DNA of 63,271 bases, counting the filler, from Sphacelaria rigidula (lineage: Eukaryota): assembly GCA_964200075.2 (NCBI GenBank). It is 9 parts of 9 records of this genome, joined end to end, with 100 filler letters (N's around TTAATTAATTAA, not from the genome) between each part and the next. Parts side by side here need not be neighbours in the genome. Positions count along the whole stretch, not along the records: positions 7,043 to 13,984 come from CAXNAA020017293.1; positions 14,085 to 21,026 come from CAXNAA020017294.1; positions 21,127 to 28,067 come from CAXNAA020017295.1; 6 more parts are not named here. One strand, 5' to 3'. Numbering within the stretch: position 1 is the stretch's first letter; the number at the start of each line of letters is the position of its first letter. The position numbers and the translations under genes are program-made. The notes beneath the pieces are model-generated. The model was given only the letters and a program-made list of their open reading frames with translations, did not search any database and was not told the DNA's origin. This document shows, one piece after another, positions 11,881 through 24,332 of this stretch.

Positions 11881-12998
11881 GCACTGTTTGGCGGCAGAAT
11901 ACGTCAGAAAATGCCGCCCGGCCCGGCCCAACCCAACCTAGACCCTCATCATCAAACGACCTGACATGCACAGTTCGCGCTTACAACAGCACACCAAACT
12001 CCAGAGCGCTAGGACGGACGGATTGCCCAGTGTGAATTGAGAGGCCAGCGGACGTTTTCCCACACGCAGTCATTCTGTGCCGGTGAGACGTGAACAAGAC
12101 AGAGGCGTCCAAGCACTCGAGATCTCTCATCAAGTGATTTCCGTCTTCGCGATGCCCCATGCTCCCCTCTCCACACCAATTGTCGTCGTTTGATCGTACT
12201 GGCGACTCGCATGTTACGTGTAGCCGCGACGGCAGCTACACGCTGCGCTACCACCAAGTCCCGGATGAGGAGTTGATACAACAGTGTACACGGAAAACAG
12301 AGTCGGGGAGGCTCGTATGTATCGTACTTCGCCCCATCCATGAGTACATTCGTCCGCTCTCCCCACTACTTCGTCCGCGTATACTTTGGTGCAAAAGCAT
12401 ACCGAATTGTAATTCAACGCCAACTGCTGGCATTCGTGTGCTATTCTCCGGTGCGGTGAACCCATTACAGTACTTTTTTTGTAATATCGGCGACAGGGAG
12501 AATTATGACGATTAATGCGAAGTTGAAGAAGGTCGTGGCTGATGAAGAACACATGGAAACTGGGTACGTATATCAGAATCTCTGAGTAGCAGCTGCGAGG
12601 GACGGACTACCCACTGTGAATTGGGGAGCCAACGAGTATTTGCTCCGCACTCAATCACCCTGGGCCAGTGACACGTAGCGCGTCAAACTAGTGGGCCATG
12701 ATGCTTCAGTCAAGAGCCAAGCGGAAGCAGTGCACGTGGTACTGATGAATCGATCCTCAGGCACATGAGCGAATCAAACCCGACGGCAGCCGCCACGTTA
12801 GGGTAGCCCTCCGGGACCCTGTGGTACGGGCAGAGCCGGTGAAGCGTTGTCACTGTTGGGGGCACGAATCCGGTAAGGGGTAGTATGACTGGTCCTAGCA
12901 CCGCGTGTGGCCGATCCGAACGCTTGGTATAGTTATTACCACAGAACGGGAAATTGATTTCGCGATTGTACATGGTGGAGTGTGTAGTTTGGACAGTT

Positions 12999-13400
12999 CA
13001 CACACGGCCATTCGGCTACCCCCAAAAAGTGTCTGTTCCGGTCAACTTTTCGAGCCTCCAGAGGGATTAAACGCCTCTAGAGGGTGCGCGGCCCTCCAGA
13101 GGGGTGGGATCGAACGCCTCCAGAGGCTTGTTTTGCCTCTGGAGCGTCGCGCACCCTCTGGAAGAACTTCGAGGATGCGCAGCCCTCCAGAGCACCATTT
13201 GTTTTGTTACTCTCAAGGAATTTAGACCTCAGGAGTCACTGGAGCATCAGATGCCCTCCAGAGGGTTTGTTGTATGACCGGAACTGAGTATGAAATATCC
13301 TCTAGAGGGTACTTTTATCCTCCGGAGGGTCACATTACCCTCGAGAGGATGAAAACCGCGGTAGAGGATGTTTATGGGGGTAGCCGAATGGCCGCGTGTG
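12999..13400. mobile_element. CACTA/EnSpm-like MITE (M5) with CCTCYAGAGG array
   Basis: TIR CACACACGGCCATTCGGCTACCCCCA / TGGGGGTAGCCGAATGGCCGCGTGTG, TT on both flanks (2-bp TSD), about a dozen internal near-palindromic motifs. Confidence 0.8.
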
Positions 13401-13984
13401 TTGAAAATTTGTCGAACCTTCACCTGTCATTCGTACAATGCAAACTTTCCACGTTCAGACCGTTGTATAAACATTTATTGGGAGGGGAAGGGGTATTTTT
13501 CAGTTTCAAGGCGTTTGAACGGTTCTTTACCCCAAACAGGGAATATCACCATCATATGTCTTGAACACTTTGCATCACCCCACCGAGAGGAGTCTACTGT
13601 ACCCGTGGCCCAAAAACTTTGTTTTTAATTGACTTGGTGTTCCAAGCTTTCGGGAAAGCGTCCCAAATACGTACGTGGGAAGAACGTTCCGTGAAAAATG
13701 CCCCCCTGAGCCACTTGCGATAGCGTGCCAATGTGAAAATGGTCATGGAAACGTGCAAGTGTGGCAGTACTTCTCTCATCAACGCTATGGTGGGCGCGTG
13801 ACGTTATTTGTGGTCCATTTGTACAGGAGATGCGGGGCTCAACCTTCAGATGGTGAATCCTTCTCAGATAGGCTTATACCCATGCCAGATTTGGGATTCA
13901 AAACAGCTCTTTTCTCGCTATAACAACAAAATGTGCGAATTGAGGTTTAACTCGGAGATGAGGTTCAAGCCTAAAACAGTGCTT

Positions 13985-14084
13985 NNNNNNNNNNNNNNNN
14001 NNNNNNNNNNNNNNNNNNNNNNNNNNNNTTAATTAATTAANNNNNNNNNNNNNNNNNNNNNNNNNNNNNNNNNNNNNNNNNNNN
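13985..14084. other. Artificial contig linker
   Basis: 44 N + TTAATTAATTAA + 44 N. Confidence 0.99.
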
Positions 14085-17000
14085 TATTTTGACCGACCCA
14101 CTTTTTCTCGGTCGCGAGGCTGCACGGGTCAAGCACCCATGTTGCAGAAAGAGTATTGCTTTTAGCTCGAAAACGCCAACGAATGCAACAAAAAAATCGA
14201 GAATTAAATCGCACATCGTAAAGGGCTCATACGAACATAAAGGCACACACTTATGAGACAGAGGAAGTATATACATATTTATATATATATATATTTGCCC
14301 AACATAATACATTGGGCAAAATAGTATTTATTTTGAATAGCTTTTGTCGTGGTCTAGTCTCAGGGTGGCGTATCAAGCTCGTGGGACACAGGCTGGGGGT
14401 GGTGTATCACCAGCGGCCAGCATAACCGTTACTGCAGCACACAACGGTGTTGCACCATAGAGTCACCAGAGTTCGGTTCAAACAGCACTGCATGCATCAT
14501 GCAAAACACAGGCTCATGTTCACGTGCAGAAGAGTGCTCTTGACTTGCTTGCAAGCGAGATATCTCGAAGTGGTGGCTGATAGCTTTGTTATTAATAGGC
14601 TTGGCTAGGTAGCTGGAAACGTTGTGAGAGACTGGGCACGCAATTCCTCATACTGGAAAATAACACTGATATGCGAATGGAATACGACTTATTGCACATG
14701 CCATGTGTGCTTCGAAACGCCTACTATTGGTACAGCCGATATCTGCCGTAACACCCCCCTCCCTTGCTTTGTGCACGCTGCTAATGGCAGGTAAGGAAAG
14801 TCACAGCTTAATGCACTTCGGGGGAATTCCCTCAACTCTGTATGCCATCAGCTCAAGATAACGTCAACGACGAGAAAACCGCAGAATTCTGGGGCTAAGA
14901 CTAACCGCGGGAAAAACTCGCCATGAAATCGGAAGTATGGGCAAAACCTGGTTTTCAGGAAAAAGCCTCATTGCTTGGGGAAAAAATCTCTCACGCCCTT
15001 TCTGATCATAGCGAGTGCTTTCGCATGTGCTATGTCGTCCTGGGATCCCAGTTACACTGGCAACCGCAACCACGGAGAATAGCCGGCGACTATTTTCCGA
15101 TGGCAACGGCGCTTAGACACCCTTGATTGATTTACAACAATCCGGGGTATTGCAGGACTAGCAAAAAGAGCTGACCCACTAAAAAGAACCCAAGAAAGCG
15201 CCTACTGGTTGATGGGAGTGCGTAGGCTTTTCTTTCACCGACCAGCAGCAACTGACCTACTGGACACCGGGGGACTCCTAAATCTTAGATCAACAGTTCC
15301 GTCATGGTACAGTGTCCAAGCAAGTACTCGGTGCCCACCCTCTTTTTACAATGCTTACTCCGCGATATGAATTGCTCTACTCGAAAGGGGTGGGGCACCC
15401 TAAAAATCGGATCAACGTTTTCCGAGAACGAAGAACCGGGATGGACGAATCGGGTACGTGAAACAAAGGGTGGGAACAGGTATGACAAAACCAAGAAATG
15501 AATGACCTTCAAGGAATGCCAGACCGGGAAAGAAACAAAGAGCGGAGCAAGATTAACTCCGCGAAAAGGTGGAAAGGAAAAGAGAAACAAAAAAATAGTG
15601 CTGGAGGAACGAACCAGGCCCCCAACAAAAGGAGAAGGGGAGAAAAGAAACTGAAACATGAAGGAAAACTAGGAAGGACATACCACGTCCATACTACGAA
15701 AAAAACAACTCATGAAACATGAAAACAAAACAATAAAAAGGACTGACACGAGAAGGAGGATCAGGTCCTACGAAATCAAGAGAAAGCAAAACGGTTGAGG
15801 GAAAAAGAACAAATATAATCCAGACTGAAGACCCGAACAGAGAAACAAAATATGGGGGCCTAAGGAAGAAGTTCAGATCCGAAAATAAACGAGGCAAACA
15901 TATCGAGAAGGCGCCTCCCCCAGAAACAAAACAAGATCAAACGTTATAAGGTGAGAAAATAAAGCCGGGAACGATACAAGGTATATAGCCGAGCCCATGA
16001 TCAACGGGAAAACACGAGTGAAAACAGACCCGAAGAGAGTAGAAAAAAGTAAATATTGAATAATTGTTCCAATGAAAAGAAAGAAACAGTACTGAACTAC
16101 TGCTCATTACTATATAAAAAACAAAAAAAAATACAAAGCGCTGCTCGTTCCTGTAATGCACCACAAACCGGTCTCCTGCTCTTTCCTTCGTACAATATTA
16201 TGCTTTTCTCTGCTTCTTTTGCTCAATGCCATCGGCTCGCTTGTCTGGGCCACTTGCTGGAGTTTTTCACTCGAAGACTCCACGCAGTCTTCGTCGTCTC
16301 ATCACTCTCCCGAAGCATTCACCGTCGTCGAACACTTGCTCCTTTTGCTGGGCTCCGTCAAAATCCTCTCGGAATGCGAAACCTATGGGGAACAAGTTCA
16401 GAACATCACTGCGCGACAGAGGGACATGACGTGCTCGGGCGGGATGGCATACTTGATGCCTTGGCTGGGTGGTGCAGATGGCAAAGGGTGTGCAACCTGT
16501 CCACTCGGGAAGCATCAGGCTTTCCAGGACTCTGCTTCCTGGTAGACCCTCTGACATTGCTCCATCCTGGAATTATGCTCGCTATTTCCAACCTATTTTC
16601 TCTGGATTTAGACTCGCGACGGTGTTTCAGGGTGAGGAGGTGGGGTGTGGGGTATTAAAGGTTGGCGTCGCCTGAAAGTCTGGTGTTCAAGCAAACTAGG
16701 CGGACCCGTCAGCGATTGAATATCTCAGGTGGGGCAGGTAACGGTATGCGGTTCGACCTATGGCTGACTATCTCGCGCGTACGTATTTTGAGTTCTTGCA
16801 TCACCACCTCCAGACCGCGTGCCGTCATCTATCCTTGCCAACCTCTCATGTACCGTGTACTAGTGCTGCAGTTTCCTGCCAATGCCATCCCGACATTGAG
16901 ATCTCACCTTCTGGGTCCATCACCAGTCTTACCTCGCATAGGTGCTATTCGCGCTGTTATACGAAATAGTCCGGTTGTATGCAGTTCGCTTCTTGTGATA

Positions 17001-17744
17001 TAAGTAAAAGTCAGCTTAAATATATGCGGGGTTTTGCGTTAACACGGCAACTCTGGGAGGGGAGCAGCGTGTCAAGCAATGTGCGCTTGATTCAAGGAGT
17101 CAATGAGGCGTGTTCATCCCACATGACTTGCAAAGCTCTGACAACATATCCAGTACTCTTACGACTGCGTCCTTACCGCGTGGGAGATCTGACGCTTCGG
17201 AAAGCGATGCCTTCTTTCAGTCACCTGCCCAAATGGATGACTTCCTCCACGCCAAACGCTTCGCCTCTATTCAGCGAATCTTTTGAGGGGCACCGGAAGT
17301 TAGGCACATTTTGCAGGGGTACTGACTACCGCGTTGACTTGTTTTGATGACTGTGGAAAATCAATTGGGGTCGAGAAGCGAAGTCAAGTGCCTGAAGATG
17401 TATGTGTATGTGAGTGCAACATCACCTCAATTGTTGGCAAGTTGATCACCTCGTCCCATGGGTCTATCGCACGCCCCTATCTGATGGTCGTTTGGCGACT
17501 GCTTAACCTCTTGGGCCTCGTACAACGGCATGTCAGCACATGTTGCCTGATATCTTTCGTACTTGTTGACGAAAGGGAGCGGTCACGCATCATGGAAAGG
17601 GTGGCGCCTACTGCTAAATTTTCGAGTGCTAATCATTATCGTGTAACCGCAGACAAGTCCCCAGCATTGGCTCCTAGGTATCACTTTTATTTCGTACCCA
17701 GATCGCCTCTCACCTACCGTTTCGGCAGTCGTTTTCCCCTCAGG

Positions 17745-18094
17745 TCCAATGATGATGTGGGGATTTCAGAAACAGCAGAAGGACTGCAACAACAGATAGA
17801 CGAGGCGCTAGAATACACGAGGAAATGGAGCGTGACAGCGAATGTCAACAAATGCGCGGTTCTCGTCTGTAACAAAGATAGGAAGAATCTAGTAGAGTTC
17901 AAGTGGAAGTAGGGAGGAGAGGAACTGCCGATCGTAGATTAGTATACATACCTTGGCGAAGAGATATCAAAACACTGTTCCGGGATGCACACATGAACAA
18001 TGTAGTATAAAAGGGTAAGGTACAGAGATTCGCACCTAGACACTAGGATCAAGAGACGTATCCTGATGAACGTGATTGTACCAAAGCTGGAGTA
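17745..18094 (+). pseudogene. Non-LTR (LINE) reverse transcriptase fragment
   Basis: DDVGISETAEGLQQQIDEALEYTRKWSVTANVNKCAV...KWK*GGEELPIVD*YTYLG...LDTRIK..ILMNVIVPKLEY, i.e. RT domains 5-7 and downstream, with stops and frameshifts. Confidence 0.85.
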
Positions 18095-21026
18095 TGTTTA
18101 TGTGAACAGGTACACTGAGTGAACATGCGCACATGCGGATAGAATGATGCGGACGTGCAGGTACTGGTAGCCGAGTGTGTGTGACTACAGTATCCCGCTC
18201 ATGGCAGCTACCGAGCTGCCATGAGCCCTGACTCTCAACATCTGATCCCTCAGTCATAGGGTCGACTCAGTCTAGGCACTCTCCAATAATACAAAAGATA
18301 AAACTATCTATCCTTCGCCACGGGCCATGGAATACATTAGTGTTAGAACCGGTTGTGCAGAATGGCACAAGAGGGTGATAGGTCTGCTACAGTTATCGGT
18401 GAGCAGGGTGTTACAGAGGAGTTGCGAGAGGTACGTAGTCAGATGAGTTCCTCGGCTCAGCTCATCCGTGATATGCAGCTAAGCCAAGCTACATTACAGA
18501 GTAACATGGACAACATGAGGACAGTAAGAAGAGAGGCCGGGGGCGCAGAAACCAACGGGGTCCTCGATAGTGAAGGTTCCCATAGTGAACGGGGGGAATT
18601 CAATATAAATAGGACAGCGGAACGTCGTGGTGCTGGAGTTCGACGAGAGCGACGGTACATCGGGAGCCAAGCTGTTCCAGAGGACGGAGCGCGCGACGCA
18701 ATGGACAACGAGACCACCAGTGACGAAGCTAGGGGCTTTGTCCCCGCACGTGAGTTAATCCAACTAAACGATACAAGTGGAAATGTGTCAGGGGTTCCCG
18801 ATTTTCGACAGAACGTCCCAAATGTTCCAGGGAAGAGCGCTGATTATGCTCGGTACCGGCATGAGCTGGTCAACTTCGCAAGGGACGAAGGAATTGCCTG
18901 GGTATTCACCATGTCCGGCAATAGTTCTTACGATATAGATGTCGGTAATCCTGAGATAGCGATGGGGTACCTGGAGAGCAGACTCGGGAAGGACACAGTG
19001 GCAACCAGCGTAAGGGCCAGACGAATGCTTGTAGGTAGTTTAGAAGGAAGGGAAGGGGGAGCAAGATATTTTGATTAGAACCCACTCACCGGCTGCGGTT
19101 TGGAGAAAACTCGAGGATGTCTTTCGCTCCAAAACAAATGGGGCGAGAACCGCTTTGTTGGAAAAGTTCTATGGAATCAAGATTGGTGCCCGTGATGATC
19201 CAGAGCAGAAGCTGCTCGAGATGGAGGAACTTGCACGTAACCTGAATTCATACGAGGAGCATGAACGACTAAGCGAAAACCATATTCTCTTGAAATTCCT
19301 CAACGCGTTGCCTTTCGAGTATCACATTCAGAAGCAATTGCTCGAGGATCGAGAGGGACCGCTGACTCGGCAGGTTGTGTTGACTTCGATCCGGAAGCGC
19401 TTCGAATCAACTTCTTTGAAGCAGGAACTTGCCCGGGGAAGGAAGTCATCCCCGGGCGACCAGGCTCTTCTTGCCAGGGGTGGGACCGGGAAACCGAGCG
19501 GTGCGCACCGCAAGGGAAAACCGGGAAAACCCCAGGGCTCTGGTAAGAAAACGGCGGGAGCCAGAGATCAAGTTGCTCTGGGTCGGCATCGTCGGACGGC
19601 AAACCCGCGACTGGGCAGCTGCTCCGCTACCACATTTGCAACGAGAACACGTCGCATCGAGCCAGGAACTGCCCGAAGAGATACTGCGGGAGGTGCAGTC
19701 AGCAGGGGCACACGTTCTGGGACTGCCCGAGATCAACAGAGAAGAAAGAAGACGCGGTGATGGCGACGGGCACGGCCGATGACAGCGACAACTCCTCCGT
19801 CTGTTCGGTGGCGGATGGGGAGGCTTTCACCTCTCTTGACACCACCACCAACGGCGACCCAGGCGAGTATGCATTGAGTGTTGAGCGGGGGGGTGATAGT
19901 CAGCAGGGTGAGGGCGAACCGTGAATATTTGACACGGGGGCTACCCAGCATTTCTACCACGATTCCCATGGGATGACGGAGTACAGAGAGTGCAAGGGTA
20001 GGGTACTACGGTGCGCGGGAGGTAGTACTTACTCGATCGTAGGCGGAGGAATTTGTCTCTTGCCTTCAGATCTGACGGACAGGATGTAATCCTAAAACTG
20101 GTGGATGTTGACCATACACCTGGTGTCCGTCGTCACCTCTTGTCACTCACGAGGGTCCAACATATGGGACACACCTACACTGGTTTTCGTACAGGTTTCA
20201 GGATAGATCTCAATTCAGGAAATGCACTGATAATACCCGGACAACCACGTCAACTCAGAATGTACGCCCGCCGCCTCAATCAAAGTGGTAGTGACAAGTG
20301 TGCTTTGGCATATGCTGTTATTGCCCCGGGGGTTCCGCCTAGCCTCCAGACCGCTGACATCGACGAGTTCCACTGTTCCCACGCTCACGCCCACGAGGAT
20401 TTACTGAGGAAGACGACGAAGCAGCAGGGGAAGCAGCTGGCTGGGGAGCTGCAGCCCTGCCGCGGCTGCTCAGAGGCGAAGGACCTGCGGGCACCGATTC
20501 CAAGATCGACGCACACGAGAGCAGCTAAGGCAGCGTCTAGGGTGTTCGTAGATCTTTCCGGGCCGAAACCAGTCAAGTCTAACGGGGGAAAGTCGTACAC
20601 GATGATTGTCCGAGATGATCATTCACGGCACACAAAACTGTATTTCCTCCGTAAGAAGGATGAGGCAGGGAGACACTTCGCGAAATACATTGCATGGGTC
20701 TCTCCGAGAAAAATTGAGATAGTCCGTAGCGATGACGGGGGTGAATTTTCGGAGGGTGCATTTAGTGAACTGTGCAACAGGGAAAAGATCAAGCAAGAGA
20801 AGACAACTGCCGACTCACCTCAGTTCAACGGTGTTACAGAGCGAGAGTTAGGTATCATTGAAACAGCAGGCCGTGCGGCTAGAATCCAAGCATCTGAGCT
20901 GTACCCCGACGAGCGCATCCCAAATGGTGACAGCCTATGGGCTGAACAGGCGAACTGGGCGTGTCACGCCCTGAACTGTACCGCTACCTCGGCTAACCCG
21001 CACCACAAATCACCGCATGAGATATG
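18095..21026 (+). mobile_element. Ty1/copia retrotransposon, 5' part (probable LTR ~18095-18350, gag, protease, integrase), degenerate, cut by contig end
   Basis: gag 18362-19760 with frameshifts; zinc knuckles YHICNENTSHRARNC and CGRCSQQGHTFWDC; protease *IFDTGATQHF (~19922); GAG-pre-integrase HCSHAH..CRGC; integrase VFVDLSGP, RSDDGGEF, PQFNGVTER. Integrase directly after protease is copia order. Confidence 0.92.
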
Positions 21027-21126
21027 NNNNNNNNNNNNNNNNNNNNNNNNNNNNNNNNNNNNNNNNNNNNTTAATTAATTAANNNNNNNNNNNNNNNNNN
21101 NNNNNNNNNNNNNNNNNNNNNNNNNN
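21027..21126. other. Artificial contig linker
   Basis: 44 N + TTAATTAATTAA + 44 N. Confidence 0.99.
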
Positions 21127-21232
21127 CCTTCTTCGTACTGCTACCTACGGATGCGAGGGCCACCGTTACGTTAGCCCGCCCGAGCTAACGTAACGGTGGC
21201 CCTCGCATCCGTAGGTAGCAGTACGAAGAAGG
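21127..21232. repeat. Perfect 49-bp inverted repeat with 8-nt loop at contig start
   Basis: 21127-21175 is the exact reverse complement of 21184-21232. Confidence 0.95.
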
Positions 21233-21357
21233 GCTACATGAGGCAATTCGAGACATGGGTAGAATGGAGAGAAGCTCGAAAGGAGCAGGCCTTCTTATGA
21301 GAAGAAGACGGGGAGCTGGTCGCAGTGAACTTCCTCACTACGTTCATGGCGAGTAGT
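21181..21357 (+). pseudogene. Probable tyrosine-recombinase N-terminal fragment (DIRS/Ngaro-type)
   Basis: RANVTVALASVGSSTKKGYMRQFETWVEWREARKEQAFL*EEDGELVAVNFLTTFMAS resembles the S-T-x-x-x-Y...W-x-x-W/F core-binding helices of YR elements; recognised by pattern only. Confidence 0.5.
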
Positions 21358-21459
21358 ATCATGTTTGCCTGTGTCAGGTGATGCATCTGCCTAGAGTATG
21401 TGATGTAAAGTGATATTGATGCCTATAGCAGGTAATGTAACTTTCATACGGATTTCACC

Positions 21460-21860
21460 CTGGATGAGCGAGACACATGCGCCCTCGACCGCGGCTACAG
21501 GCGAGCAGCAGTCGCCTTCGACAGCGCCCAGCACCGATACTGACCCCAAGCCGTCTTCAACCACGGCCAGTACCGACGGTGACAGAGTCCCTCAAGGAAA
21601 CTGGAGCCGGCCAGACCCCATCAACCTCACTGATTATGGGTCGAACAGTGACCCCGTAGACGATACCGTGGACACCCACACCACCAATATTGCTAGAGGC
21701 CTGTGGCAGCCCAATTCAAGAGGCCAGGCGTTCTACTGGCGTCTCGTTTGAAAGGCGATTCGACAAAAAGATAGAATACCACTGAATATGCGGACGTATC
21801 ACCTGATTATCCGTGTACCCAACAGCGAATGCAACATACTGTACACAGGGGTCATCGTCG
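21460..21860 (+). pseudogene. Degenerate copia-like integrase-RT linker fragment
   Basis: Ser/Thr/Pro-rich linker followed by *KAIRQKDRIPLNMRTYHLIIRVPNSECNIL, loosely resembling the W-x-x-A-x-x-x-E...TY-L...P start of copia RT. Confidence 0.35.
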
Positions 21861-23092
21861 TGCAAAATCGCAATGCTACTGCTGTCTGCACTTCACACAT
21901 GAACATTATTTCGCGGAACGGGTGCTCTCACTAGAGCCTTCAGTACAACTGCCAGTTTTGCACAGGCCCCAACCGATTGCAAGTACTGATATTACACAGT
22001 GATGGGTACATATAGGCGAGAGCATAATCGGAAAAACGAAATATATATCATATGGATCGAATATCAGGTGAAATATCGTGATATATGTGTCATATATCGT
22101 GATATATCATATATTCCAATTATTTAACATTCACAGCATTTACAGTATACGGGAACATGACGTTTTACGGACTCCACTACAAATTCATCAACTTTCATGA
22201 CTTTGTTATGTTTGGAGGGGTATATAGATGTCACATCTTCCCCCCCCCTGTCCTTAGGGTGATACCAGTGCCTAATTTCCACGTTGAGAGCTTCTACATA
22301 TACATGCTCGTTATCTCAGACGTACATCTTTAGTTTAATGGAGAAAAAGTGAGGACACTTACCACGAGATATCACCGCCCATCTCCGCGCCCAAAGTATT
22401 CAACATTTGCAGTGTATCTACACAACAAGTTTTTCTTTCTTTTGCACCCAAGTGGACTCACAACTGGCAAAATAGGCAGTAATGGCTATGGTTGACAACC
22501 GTGATGCTCGAGTTTTCTTTCAGCACACCGGCCACGGAATCCATCACTTGAGGTGAAAAGAAACTTCCATCCAAATTTCATCATGAAACGGCGGCGGTCA
22601 CGCCCTGCCGAACTCGTGTCGTCGAAAATATCCGGGTCAGATATTTTGGTAAGCTCGTGTCTGTGCCCAGTTTGATCGCCACGGTGGGTCATCTGGTGAA
22701 TGACCATGACTTCTACTGTAATATGAAGTCAAGGTTCAAATAGTCTATCCCCGCGGTGGTAGGGTAAAGGCGAAGAAAAAAAAGCTTACTGGATAAACGG
22801 CCTTCAGAAGACAGATGTTTGGTGGTCGCCGCGCTACTATTCCAGAAACAAATTTGGGTGCTCATAGCCAATTACCATGCTTCTGTCGTTGGACTGTCTT
22901 CCCGTCAGCTTTTCTTTGTCGTTCCGTTGAGAGAATGCCTAAGCGGGATTCCCGACAACAATATCGCGTTCCAACTAGTCAATCACCTCGACTGATTATT
23001 TTGAAGCCTACTAAGGGGGACGAATAAAATAAATAATAATAATAAAAAGCTTGCATCGTGGGGGAGGTGAAAATGCACGCGGCATCAACTTG

Positions 23093-24332
23093 CAGGCTGA
23101 TTCGCGCTTCATTACTCAAAATTCATAGGTTACGAAATGTCATCTGCAATACCTTCTCAATGCTCGCATGCATCACGTTGATAACCGAAAAAGGTGAAAT
23201 AGCCGGATTCTTTGATTACCACTAGACCGCGGGGGTGGTTCATCTGTTGAATTAGCATCGATTTCACTCGAATTTAGTGTTTATAATCCAGATGGAATAC
23301 CCCCGCGGTCCAACGGATAAATAAGGTCATAACGGTGGCGCTCAGGGGAAAAACGAACCTCGACCAATCAGAGGCTCTTCAATTGTTCTAAAAATAAATT
23401 GCCATTTCCCAACTCAATTTATACTCAGTATCCACATGTTTTGCATCGAGGCAATCGTCATCAGCTCCAGAGTCGAGCAGAAAAAAAATGTTGATTCTTT
23501 GACGGCGAGAGTAGGCCATCTGTTGAATCGGATGAAGGTCACCTGAAAAATTATGCATGATCCACATGGACTACCCTCGCGGTCCAAGGCTTAAAACGGT
23601 TTTACTATGGGATCAAATTACAGTATACCCCAAAACGTGGTATCATGGTGAAGTGGGATTTTGGCACCAAAAACTCCGTGACCCTCCTGACGGTTTCCCC
23701 CTTCATCTACCGCAGAAAAGCTCGGATTGCCCTCAAATTTGGCCATTCGGTAGGTATTGATGCTCCAGATGAAAAACTGTGATGCTGAACACTATTGCAA
23801 AGTTTCTCCGCTCTGTCAGATTCCGGGGGGTCCTGGCAGGGAGACTCTCGGAAGCCCGGTACAGAATGCCTCAAGCACAAAAATCAAAAAGGTTCTTGCC
23901 CCGGGGTAGTCCACCTGCGTAACTCGGAAAACCGATTCAATAGGGTCGTTGTAACGCTAAACCTACCCGAGAAGTTGTTTCCGTACTGAATCTAGTTATG
24001 CGGATTATGTACCATTCAAACTCGTTTCATTGCATGAAGGCACAAATGCTCACGCCGATAGTTGGAGTTACACTCTTCAAATTCGCACAGATACTGTGGA
24101 TTGCTACAAATCTTTCAAAGAACGGTGTTTTCGGTTTCGTTCATTTTGCCGGTTATTAGGGGTCCGACAGTCCTGTGGAGTTATGTGCTCGTCACATCCC
24201 CTTCTAAGGCCTTCGATAACCGGTGAAAGAAAAAGGTTGAAAAAAACGTTCAAAAGTTGCAATGCCCCAACTTCGGTCTGGGCATTTTTTGGGGTATGAC
24301 TGCAGCTTGGCACATGAGCGTGAACCAGCCTC
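23093..24332. mobile_element. Older, diverged relative of TIR family M1
   Basis: Left CAGGCTGATTCGCGCTTCATTACTC, right ATGAGCGTGAACCAGCCT; internal blocks (23320-23440, 23720-23900) resemble 2625-2745 and 3035-3230. Confidence 0.6.

Noticed and set aside
13050..13370. CRISPR array (also considered for 51700-52660 and 59416-60380)
   Set aside because: Repeats are only 10-12 bp or are tandem without spacers, spacing is irregular, all lie within TIRs, there are no cas genes, and the context is eukaryotic.
15480..16140. Lys/Arg-rich and Phe-rich ORFs
   Set aside because: By-products of a strongly A/purine-skewed low-complexity tract.
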